Positions 8,045 to 15,680 of a DNA stretch of 37,759 bases are shown piece by piece (positions within the stretch are counted from its first letter, which is position 1; the number at the start of each line of letters is the position of its first letter). The stretch spans positions 1 through 37,759 of the forward strand of contig QCQS01000001.1 in NCBI GenBank assembly GCA_003212115.1, read 5' to 3'. The stretch is from Prochlorococcus sp. AG-455-E15 (GTDB lineage: Bacteria > Cyanobacteriota > Cyanobacteriia > PCC-6307 > Cyanobiaceae). Made by a program: the position numbers and the translations under genes. The notes below the pieces were generated by a model that made no database searches, was not told where the DNA came from, and saw only the letters and a program-made list of their open reading frames with translations.

Positions 8045-8404
8045 ATGAGTCCTTTATATAATTTCTCTCCTGTAATTCCTGACCATGTGAAAGACCTTGA
8101 GTATCCAACTTTAAAAGAGATGGTTGAGGAGTTTATCCGTCACTATGGAAATACAACAGAAGAAGAACTAGATGACTTTGATTTAGAAGATGCAGTTCAA
8201 AATATTGTTTCTCTGTGGGATGAAAAATTTAAAGATGATCCTTATTGGATTATTAATCCAGATGGAGAATTGGGGTGGTATGGATGTGATGAATTTGAGT
8301 CCTGTTATGAACAACTTATGGAACATTTTGATTATGAATTTCCAGACATAGACGAGTTAATTGAGGAGTTTGACTTCGATGAGAAACTTATCTTCTGTAA
8401 ATAA
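8045..8404 (+). CDS. Highly acidic small protein, candidate DNA mimic
   Basis: Likely start is the ATG at 8045 (MSPLYNF..., 119 aa) right after the upstream stop; about 35 D/E versus about 7 K/R. Confidence 0.7.
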   Translation: MSPLYNFSPVIPDHVKDLEYPTLKEMVEEFIRHYGNTTEEELDDFDLEDAVQNIVSLWDEKFKDDPYWIINPDGELGWYGCDEFESCYEQLMEHFDYEFPDIDELIEEFDFDEKLIFCK

Positions 8405-9104
8405 TGAATTTGTTCTATGTAGAGGGTGGATAGATGAATGGAAGGATGTTGATGATGAAAACGTAAGATACATCATCAAAAATCCAATCTTTAAAAGACC
8501 CAAGAAGAATATTCTTTTTGATGACCTTCCTGTAATTTCTCAAGAAGACCATATAAATCTTTTTCTACCTAAAGATACAGTCAATGAGATGTTGGTTTAT
8601 ACGAGGAGAGATGCACCTCTAGAAAGATATGAAAAAATTCATTTTTCTGGGATTGTCAAAGACTACAAAAGAAAAAATGGTTCTTCTGATTATGGTATTC
8701 ATCCAACTAAATTTTTTAATATCCATTGGGACTTAGAAGAACTTAATAAGGAGGTTAATGAGTATCTAGATAATGTTTCTAATGACAGTAAGAGATTCAC
8801 AACACCAGAAACTCTTTACTTCTTGGAATACAAAATCAAACTCAAACTTCATTCCTATAGAAGAAAATTAGAAGAATCAGGAAATCAACTACCAACTTTT
8901 ATTCATACATTTCGAGACTATGTCACTGTTCTAGAGACTCACTTGGACGGATGTCAAAAACATATCGACTGTATTAGGTGGAGTGTAAGTTCCAGAGAAA
9001 ATCGAAGAACTTACAAAGTTAAAAAGAATTTTTCAAAAGATATACCACCCCTTGAACAAAAATGTCCCAATCTTATTTTTAACCCCGAACTAATTATTAA
9101 TTAA
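8379..9104 (+). CDS. Hypothetical protein
   Basis: Track ORF 8361..9104; the ATG at 8379 follows a GAGGAG RBS. Confidence 0.7.
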   Translation: MRNLSSVNNEFVLCRGWIDEWKDVDDENVRYIIKNPIFKRPKKNILFDDLPVISQEDHINLFLPKDTVNEMLVYTRRDAPLERYEKIHFSGIVKDYKRKNGSSDYGIHPTKFFNIHWDLEELNKEVNEYLDNVSNDSKRFTTPETLYFLEYKIKLKLHSYRRKLEESGNQLPTFIHTFRDYVTVLETHLDGCQKHIDCIRWSVSSRENRRTYKVKKNFSKDIPPLEQKCPNLIFNPELIIN

Positions 9105-9118
9105 TCAAATTTAAATCA

Positions 9119-9412
9119 ATGAAATTTTACAACCAAACAATTCAAAACCTTGTCAGTGATGTAATGGAAAATTCCTATTACCTAGAGACAAAAGGATGTT
9201 ATTGGACAGATTATTTCTGTCGTGATGATGACATCAGTAATCCCAAATTCCAATCTATATGGTCTGAGGGAAGTGGAAGAAATAATGAGAATCTAGATTC
9301 TTTTAATCAACTTGTAAGAGAGGATGCAATTAGATATTTAGAACTATATCCACACAAAATCAGAGAGTTTTCTGATAAAAAATTTAGTCCAAAGAAAAAA
9401 CATTTTAATTAA
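9119..9412 (+). CDS. Hypothetical protein
   Basis: 97-aa ORF in operon orientation. Confidence 0.65.
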   Translation: MKFYNQTIQNLVSDVMENSYYLETKGCYWTDYFCRDDDISNPKFQSIWSEGSGRNNENLDSFNQLVREDAIRYLELYPHKIREFSDKKFSPKKKHFN

Positions 9413-9423
9413 GGAGATTACTA

Positions 9424-9720
9424 ATGAAAAAAACAAATAAAGGATTTGGTCAAATTCCAGAAGGTAGAAAACAATTTCTAGAAAATCTTAGAAATAAAAT
9501 TGTTAATACTTTTTATCCTGATGGAGAACCAGATAACCTTCATATCAAGTTATGGAGAGATAAGGATACAAAAGACTTGTTGTTTGCGGATGTAACCGAT
9601 AGTCCTGAGTTCTGGGATTTACCAAACTACATTGAAAGTGAGGATCAAAAGTCTGATAAATTCAAACTTTTACTTAACTCTATTTCTGAAGAGTCTGAAG
9701 TAAATCTGAAGTGGAGTTGA
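9424..9720 (+). CDS. Hypothetical protein
   Basis: 98 aa; AAGGAG RBS. Confidence 0.7.
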   Translation: MKKTNKGFGQIPEGRKQFLENLRNKIVNTFYPDGEPDNLHIKLWRDKDTKDLLFADVTDSPEFWDLPNYIESEDQKSDKFKLLLNSISEESEVNLKWS

Positions 9721-9724
9721 AGTA

Positions 9725-9886
9725 ATGGGTTCTAGATATTCCGAAAAATGCAATCAAATCTACTATCTAATAAAACTTTATGATGAGTATGAAAAATCAA
9801 CTACTCAAGAAGATAGGGACATAATCCAACATAAGATGTTGTTTTTTATAAGAGATATCAAACTAAATGAAGAGTTTGATTATTAG
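9725..9886 (+). CDS. Small hypothetical protein (53 aa, not in ORF track)
   Basis: Hand-translated MGSRYSEKCNQIYYLIKLYDEYEKSTTQEDRDIIQHKMLFFIRDIKLNEEFDY; GGAG upstream; last ORF before the terminator. Confidence 0.55.
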   Translation: MGSRYSEKCNQIYYLIKLYDEYEKSTTQEDRDIIQHKMLFFIRDIKLNEEFDY

Positions 9887-9930
9887 ATATAAATAATCAC
9901 GGATCATAGAAACATCCAGTTTGATTATGA

Positions 9931-9974
9931 AAAAAAGACTCAGGGATTCTGGACACTTCCTCTGAGTCTTTTTT
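9931..9974. terminator. Bidirectional terminator between the convergent element operons
   Basis: Inverted repeat AAAAAAGACTCAG ... CTGAGTCTTTTTT. Confidence 0.75.
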
Positions 9975-10082
9975 ATTGTCTTGTTAAATCTGAACACGAC
10001 CATGTTTCTAGAAACTGTATGTAAGTTTTCTAAAAAGTAGTTCGTTTCATAAAGATTCCAGGTGGATTTGTTTTGATGTATC

Positions 10083-10235
10083 CTACTTCCCTCTATAAGA
10101 CTGGTCTAATAGAACTGAAACCATTGCAACTACCTTATATTTGTTGATTGATTGTCCTGTTCTCTTCAAATAACTTTCAACCATATTTTTAAAGTGATGA
10201 AGTCTTCTAAAGTATTCTTTATCTCTTTTAATCAT
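10083..10235 (-). CDS. Small basic hypothetical protein (50 aa, not in ORF track)
   Basis: Hand-translated MIKRDKEYFRRLHHFKNMVESYLKRTGQSINKYKVVAMVSVLLDQSYRGK; TGATG overlap with the upstream gene. Confidence 0.5.
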   Translation of the reverse strand: MIKRDKEYFRRLHHFKNMVESYLKRTGQSINKYKVVAMVSVLLDQSYRGK

Positions 10236-10423
10236 CAAATAACTACTGGTTCAATTCTACGTTTTTCATTCAGATTGTGATACTTGAGTAAGTAATCTAA
10301 AGTCCCTGTTCTACTGCGTCTGAGTGACTTCTTGAGAGAGTCAAATTCTTTGAGAGTGTCAAAGTGTCTCTCACCAAAATACATAGTTATAGTCTCTTTT
10401 AATGGTGTTTCTGGATGGTTCAT
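10235..10423 (-). CDS. Small RHH/CopG-like DNA-binding protein
   Basis: 62 aa; beta-strand ETITMYF followed by helices ending RSRTGTLDYLL. Confidence 0.55.
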   Translation of the reverse strand: MNHPETPLKETITMYFGERHFDTLKEFDSLKKSLRRSRTGTLDYLLKYHNLNEKRRIEPVVI

Positions 10424-10429
10424 AATTGA

Positions 10430-11059
10430 TTAAAAAAAAGTATTCAAATGGTCAAAACTGTATATATCTAACTCTGGTCTTCCTACAAAATATTCTTTCA
10501 TTTTTTTCTTTTTATTATCGATGTTGTAATTTGCATGATGACTGTGATTCCAAATTTTTACATCCTCTTCATCTAAATAACAAATATTTTCTAACTGTCT
10601 TTTATCATTTTTTCTTTTCTTCTTCCTACATTCATGAATCATCTCATTAATAAAAAATCTGACCTCCTCTGAATTTTTAAAATATCCTTTTGTATTAGAT
10701 AGATGAGTATGAGTATGAAAAGGTTGGATTAATTTACCTGTCCTTTCATTAACCATGTCACTTCTTTCATGAAAATGAACCATCCCAATACCTTTGGGAA
10801 ACATAGGAATATTTTGACTTCTAGTTGTTCTACCTTTAAGTTTCCAATGGAATTTTCTACGAAAGATTTTATGAAATTCACTGATGTAAGTTTCAACAGT
10901 TTCAATTTTTCTAGGTAGTGTTTTGTATTTAAGAGTTATAAACCATTCGGGTGGATACTCATCCCAAGTCTTCTTTAACCATTCACTTTGAACAGTATTA
11001 ACTTGTTTAGGACTTAAAACTCTCATCCAATCAATATCAACAGTTTCTAGTTGTTTCAT
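10430..11059 (-). CDS. Putative HUH endonuclease / rolling-circle replication initiator
   Basis: WFITLKY (RCR motif I-like), HFHE...PFHTHTHL (HUH motif II), candidate catalytic Tyr in HHANYNIDNK or MKEYF. Confidence 0.55.
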   Translation of the reverse strand: MKQLETVDIDWMRVLSPKQVNTVQSEWLKKTWDEYPPEWFITLKYKTLPRKIETVETYISEFHKIFRRKFHWKLKGRTTRSQNIPMFPKGIGMVHFHERSDMVNERTGKLIQPFHTHTHLSNTKGYFKNSEEVRFFINEMIHECRKKKRKNDKRQLENICYLDEEDVKIWNHSHHANYNIDNKKKKMKEYFVGRPELDIYSFDHLNTFF

Positions 11060-11256
11060 TTAACAGTTTTATTGTTTGATTATTTGTTTATCTGTTTTGT
11101 TAGACACACTGAGTTCGTCTCAAATGCGAGTCTGAGTCATCAATATTTATTTAAGTTGAATGAATCCTCATGACTTACCCATTGGATAAACATCACTCAA
11201 ACAGAATCTCAACTATTTAAATTTGTTTGTTTTAACTATTTAGAAAATATTTATTT

Positions 11257-11868
11257 TCAAGAGGATGTTTTACTTGGAATACAATCTGAAAGTTTTTGAC
11301 TCACTTCCATTACTTCTACTTTTTTGAGAAGTCTATAAACACTATCTCTGTGAATTCCTAATTCTCTACCGATTTGAGTTGCACCTAGTCCTCTTAATTT
11401 GAGTTCCTTAATCTTCTCAACATCGATTCTGGACTTACCACCTTTATAAACACCCTTCTGTTTTGCACGTTGGATTCCTTCCATTTGACGTTCTTTACGA
11501 AGGTTGGTTTCCAATTCTGCAAAAACACCCAACATATCCAAGAAACACTTTGATGTTGCATCTTTAGTTGATATTGGTTGTTCTGTTGCGGTTAGGGTGA
11601 CTCCTCTGTCAGTTAAATCTTTAACTAACATTTGAAGATCCAGTGAATTTCTTGCGATTCTATCGACTCTAGTAAAAACAAATTCATCACCTTCACGAAC
11701 AAACTCAAGACAATTTTTTAATTGTTCTCTTCCTGTTGTGGTTGTTCCACTCATGGATTCAGAAAATATTTTTTGAACCCCATTCTTTTTCAAGATTTCA
11801 ATCTGAGTTTCTAGTCCAGTTTCCTGACTTCCATCAATTGAAGAGACTCTTGCGTATCCAACTTTCAT
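11257..11868 (-). CDS. Small serine recombinase (resolvase/invertase family) with C-terminal HTH
   Basis: GYARVSS catalytic Ser, GREQL, TRVDRIARN, ERQMEGIQRAKQKG and HTH ATQIGRELGIHRDSVYR. Confidence 0.95.
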   Translation of the reverse strand: MKVGYARVSSIDGSQETGLETQIEILKKNGVQKIFSESMSGTTTTGREQLKNCLEFVREGDEFVFTRVDRIARNSLDLQMLVKDLTDRGVTLTATEQPISTKDATSKCFLDMLGVFAELETNLRKERQMEGIQRAKQKGVYKGGKSRIDVEKIKELKLRGLGATQIGRELGIHRDSVYRLLKKVEVMEVSQKLSDCIPSKTSS

Positions 11869-11873
11869 AAAAC

Positions 11874-11974
11874 TGTCGTATCTACATCCAGTTTAGTCGA
11901 AGTGTCGTAAATGGCAATAAATGACCCTAAAACGGCAGTATATTGAGTCAAAAGTGTCGTATTTTCTTAAGACA
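11874..11974. promoter_or_regulatory. Putative res site and resolvase promoter
   Basis: TGTCGTA at 11874, 11903 and 11955; inverted pair TGTCGTA-N6-TAAGACA at 11955-11974; minus-strand promoter TTGCCA (11917-11912)-N16-TAAACT (11895-11890). Confidence 0.65.
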
Positions 11975-12005
11975 TCAAACTATACCGAGATACTACAGAG
12001 AATTT

Positions 12006-13331
12006 TTAAATTTTCATTCCCTGTAGTTCCTTCTCTACTAAATTCATCCCCTGTTTGACCAGTTCTTTATTCCACCACTCCAAGAATTTTTTTCTTTCAT
12101 CTAATTTTTCTGAGAAATCATATGAACCGATTGAACCTTTTTTGTGGTCGGTATGTCCTATCTGTCGAGAAATAATATCTGAATCAAATTTACCAACATC
12201 AACTCCAACAGTAGTTACAACGTGTCTCCAACCATGTGCATTTTGTCTTCCTGTGTAACCTAATTTGCGAAAGAAATCATTGATACGTCCTTTGTCTGGA
12301 TAGGGTCGATTTTTACTGGTTCGGGTTTTAAAAACATATTTCTCATTTCCATTAATCTCTTTCAACTGTTTGATTAAAACTTTCATTTCATCAGTGATAG
12401 GAATCAAATGACTTAATTCACTACCCCTCTTTCTTTTTAGTCCAGATGTTTGAGGAGGTATTACTATCAAATCATTTTCAAAATCAAACCATTCCCATTC
12501 AAGACAACAAACTGCATCCACTCTGATACAAGACAATAAGTAAAACTTCGTTAGTAATCTGTTTAAGACATAAGAATTACAAGAATTATTTTCAATACTT
12601 TCTAAGAATTCTGGAATCTCATCCCAACTTAAATGTGGATGTGGTTTTTTTACATGACCTTGCATTTCTCCAATAACCTTTCGGGTTGCAGGGTTGTATT
12701 CAGTGTCATTCCACCATCCTCTGTCTATTGCATATTCAAAGACTTGTTTTATTAATTTCCGACACTTAGATGCGTGAGTTATTGCAGTCTTTCCATATAC
12801 TCTCCCCCTCTTTATGTGGTCGTGCATTTCGCAGACTAACTCTCTACCCTTACTGGGTAAATAAAAATCACTTATAGGTCTATCTCCATCCAAAAATTCT
12901 AATATCTGATTCAATCTCCCTACACTTGTTTTATAAGAGAGTTCTTTGACTTCTAGTTTGTGATAGTCCAAAAAATTATCAACAACTTCACCTAGAGTCC
13001 TTTCAGTTTTAATCTCTACCTGTCCAAATTTATAAGGATGTCTTCCAGTGGTTTTACAAAATAATTTTTGTTCTAACCAAGTTCTATAAATTCTCTGAAG
13101 ATCCTCTTTGGTTGATATATCCTTACCCCAAACTCCAAATTTAACTTCTACATTCCTACCTTTCCGTCCAAGAGGATAACGTGTATATCCAACAATCCTC
13201 TTACAACTCTCTCCCTTCTCCTCTTTCTTTTCAACTACTACAAACAGTCCAGAACCTTTCTGAAGTGAGTAAAGTTTTCTTGAATCTAAATGAGGGAGTG
13301 AATTTATTTTTGATGTTGATAGAAGTTTCAT
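12006..13331 (-). CDS. Tyrosine integrase (P4-like, with N-terminal arm-binding domain)
   Basis: Catalytic set is intact: CIRVD (R), GLKRK (K), AHGWRH (HxxR), QIGH (H), GSYD (Y); likely start is the ATG at 13331 overlapping the xis stop (ATGA). Confidence 0.93.
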   Translation of the reverse strand: MKLLSTSKINSLPHLDSRKLYSLQKGSGLFVVVEKKEEKGESCKRIVGYTRYPLGRKGRNVEVKFGVWGKDISTKEDLQRIYRTWLEQKLFCKTTGRHPYKFGQVEIKTERTLGEVVDNFLDYHKLEVKELSYKTSVGRLNQILEFLDGDRPISDFYLPSKGRELVCEMHDHIKRGRVYGKTAITHASKCRKLIKQVFEYAIDRGWWNDTEYNPATRKVIGEMQGHVKKPHPHLSWDEIPEFLESIENNSCNSYVLNRLLTKFYLLSCIRVDAVCCLEWEWFDFENDLIVIPPQTSGLKRKRGSELSHLIPITDEMKVLIKQLKEINGNEKYVFKTRTSKNRPYPDKGRINDFFRKLGYTGRQNAHGWRHVVTTVGVDVGKFDSDIISRQIGHTDHKKGSIGSYDFSEKLDERKKFLEWWNKELVKQGMNLVEKELQGMKI

Positions 13332-13552
13332 CTCACACATCCTTTACTAATTTTTTCTAGACACTCAAAAGTTAAATCGGTTCTATATCCGTATCTGTTT
13401 TTAGAAATTTGAACTCTAGGAGGGATGGGAATCTCTTTTGATTTTTCCTTTCTTTTTAAAGATTTCTCAGAAAAATTATATAGTTTGCAAACTTGACTAG
13501 TTGTCAAAAAGAAATGACCCGCAAACTCACTAGGAATAGTGACTTTCTTCAT
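13328..13552 (-). CDS. Excisionase / AlpA-like recombination directionality factor
   Basis: 74 aa; FLTTSQVCKLYNFSEKSL HTH and IPPRVQISKNRYGY wing; coupled to the integrase. Confidence 0.75.
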   Translation of the reverse strand: MKKVTIPSEFAGHFFLTTSQVCKLYNFSEKSLKRKEKSKEIPIPPRVQISKNRYGYRTDLTFECLEKISKGCVR

Positions 13553-13635
13553 ATTGTTAAATTAGAAAATATTTTAAATCTTATAACTTCAGGAGAGAGA
13601 CTTTGACCAGTGCATACTTCCTTTAGATATACTAT

Positions 13636-13664
13636 ATTATAGTCCAAAACGTTCGTCATGTCAA
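13636..13664 (-). promoter_or_regulatory. Perfect-consensus sigma70 promoter for xis-int
   Basis: TTGACA (13664-13659)-N17-TATAAT (13641-13636). Confidence 0.85.
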
Positions 13665-13736
13665 TAGTTTTACAAAGATTTAATCTTTATATTTAAGGAC
13701 ATAAATTACGTTACTAAAGTTACAAGAATTAAATAT

Positions 13737-13758
13737 GTGTCAGGGATGTGTCAGGGAT
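13737..13758 (+). repeat. Right integrase arm-type repeats, GTGTCAGGGAT x2
   Basis: Copies at 13737-13747 and 13748-13758, same sequence and orientation as the left arm. Confidence 0.8.
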
Positions 13759-13778
13759 TTTGGTGAATATTTCTTTTT

Positions 13779-13810
13779 TTACTGGACAAATAGGGTCATT
13801 ACTGGACAAA
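13779..13810 (+). repeat. TTACTGGACAAA direct repeat, candidate excisionase sites
   Basis: Copies at 13779-13790 and 13799-13810, 20 bp apart, between the arm repeats and the att core. Confidence 0.55.
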
Positions 13811-13828
13811 CTAGAGACAACCCACTAA

Positions 13829-13839
13829 CACCCTCTCCG
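13829..13839 (+). repeat. attR core (duplicated tRNA-Ser 3' end)
   Basis: CACCCTCTCCG. Confidence 0.85.
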
Positions 13840-14086
13840 TGCATTTACTCCGAAAGAAAGTAGTCGGAGATATTCAAATCACTTTAGATTAATTTTAAAC
13901 AAGAGAAAAATTGATAATTGTTTAAGTCAAACAAATTCAAAGCTTATTAAATTATTTGTTGGAGTTAAGAAAACTTTATTGAATAAATGAATTTAATTAT
14001 AAAATTCCTAAGAAAATTTACATTTACCAATAAATGCTTGCATAAATAAATTATTAATATTAGTTTCATAATTCAGAATTTCGATT

Positions 14087-14413
14087 ATGTTAAAAAAAAA
14101 TCAGAAAATTTTAGTTTTGTTCTCGACTTTATTTCTACTAGCAGGATGTTCATCAGGAGGGAAATGGTCAAATGAAGAAAAAAATTCTTTTCTTAAAGAA
14201 TGTCAAGGGGAATTTAGTCCTAATACTGAAGTAGGGAAACTACAGAAAAATTTTTGCGAGTGTAACGCTGATTTTTTAAGTAAAGATTACGAAATAAATG
14301 AAATATCTGAAAGTGATGAGTTTGCAGCAATGGGATTCTGCGCTTTTCATATGAGTGAAGAAAAAATGGAGAAAGCAATAATGAAAGATATGAAAGATAT
14401 GATGGCTTTTTAA
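14087..14413 (+). CDS. Putative lipoprotein
   Basis: Lipobox LLAGC; further Cys residues (KEC, FCEC, GFC). Confidence 0.75.
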   Translation: MLKKNQKILVLFSTLFLLAGCSSGGKWSNEEKNSFLKECQGEFSPNTEVGKLQKNFCECNADFLSKDYEINEISESDEFAAMGFCAFHMSEEKMEKAIMKDMKDMMAF

Positions 14414-14581
14414 GGATTTAAATTTTTAATCAAAAGACAGTCAAAATATACCATGAAATAAATATATGTTTCTGTGATTTGTATCAAATATGGATTATCA
14501 TCTATTCAGTTGAGGTCACAACTAGACTTTTAAAACTGAGTCTAAGCCCCCCTCTCTGCCAACATTTAATTTTAAAAAAAA

Positions 14582-14908
14582 ATGACAACTAAATTAGAAG
14601 GATTTCAAAATAGGCAAAAAGATATTGGATGGGGTTACGCAATAGCTCATTTAGTACCTTTTGTAGGGCTATATTATGCCATTACCCGCAGAACTATTAC
14701 ACCATTATTGTTTGCTATTTTCGGTAATCTTGCCATTGGATTTGCTTATGGATTTATTGTTGGAATAATAAATCCAAATTATGATGAGGAAAAGTTAGAA
14801 AACTCTGCAACATTAATTGGATTGGTGACTGCGCCAATACTTGCAAAAAAAGGAATCGAAAAGGCTAGAAAATATGGAAAAGAAAAAATTGATTCGAATT
14901 TATTTTAA
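14582..14908 (+). CDS. Small membrane protein
   Basis: 108 aa with 2-3 hydrophobic segments. Confidence 0.7.
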   Translation: MTTKLEGFQNRQKDIGWGYAIAHLVPFVGLYYAITRRTITPLLFAIFGNLAIGFAYGFIVGIINPNYDEEKLENSATLIGLVTAPILAKKGIEKARKYGKEKIDSNLF

Positions 14909-15252
14909 GGTTTTTTATGGGATTATTAACTATGAGTTAACAAACTCTTCTCTATCCTCCCCATATAAGCTCATATGGTCTGAATTCAACTTCTAGAATC
15001 TTCGGATTATTTTTTGTGTCTTACATTGTCAGAGATATTCCGTTAGGGTCAAATATTTGTAAATACTTGCAATAACGTTAATTATTGTATTTTCTTCTTA
15101 AAAATATTGTCTCATAATGTAAGGTTAACTTAGAAAATGTCAGAACAATTTCTCTAAAAGTGTCGGAGGAATGGTTTAAATAACGGAAAACGAACTTTCC
15201 TTGACTTAATTATTAATATCTTTATCGTTTAAATAATAAATTTTTTAATTAA

Positions 15253-15570
15253 ATGACTCTTACACCTAATGAAAGAAGAGAAAAATGTAATCCTATTTTA
15301 ATTGGTGCCTGTGTAGGTTTCATTTCTCCTTTGACTTCTGTTATTTGGGGAATAAGACAGAGGTCTTGGAGTCTTGCTTTAGTTCCCTTTCTTTTAGGTT
15401 TTTTTATTGCACTTTTAACTATGTATAACACTGGTAAAGAAGAATTAAGTCGTGAAGTTAAATATCCAATTCAATTTTTTATGGGCTTAATATCCTATGA
15501 AATGACTAAAAATATGAAAAATAAAGCAATTAATGATAGAAAAAAAACTTTTGAAATTAAAAAAGAATAG
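15253..15570 (+). CDS. Small membrane protein
   Basis: 105 aa with 2-3 hydrophobic segments and a topology similar to 14582..14908. Confidence 0.65.
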   Translation: MTLTPNERREKCNPILIGACVGFISPLTSVIWGIRQRSWSLALVPFLLGFFIALLTMYNTGKEELSREVKYPIQFFMGLISYEMTKNMKNKAINDRKKTFEIKKE

Positions 15571-15680
15571 ATAATTTCGTCCCACTATTTTGTCTTAAAA
15601 AGTTTTGGGGGGGAAATAGACCTAATTATTAAAATATTGGTGTAAATAAGTGTCTGATAATGTCTAATGTAATCACTTCA

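Larger units (their letters stand above)
4498..13839. mobile_element. tRNA-Ser-integrated element (tycheposon-like): integrase, excisionase, serine resolvase, putative HUH Rep and cargo
   Basis: Direct repeat CACCCTCTCCG at 4498-4508 and 13829-13839, arm repeats at both ends, an int/xis/resolvase module, and a sharp compositional change at both boundaries. Confidence 0.9.

Noticed and set aside
7547-8378. Track start sites 7547, 7958 and 8361
   Set aside because: They create long overlaps; ATGs at 7595, 8045 and 8379 fit RBS position and coupling better
7872-12258. Track ORFs 7872..8108 (-), 10426..10650 (+) and 12055..12258 (+)
   Set aside because: Antisense shadows of better-supported genes
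13605-13640. LexA box at the xis-int promoter
   Set aside because: AGTGCATACT and neighbouring sequence do not match the cyanobacterial AGTAC-N4-GTACT dyad
4498-13839. Element as a prophage, retron or diversity-generating retroelement
   Set aside because: No recognisable capsid, terminase, tail, lysis or reverse transcriptase ORF
15249-15431. 60-aa minus-strand ORF
   Set aside because: Antisense to the 15253..15570 membrane-protein gene
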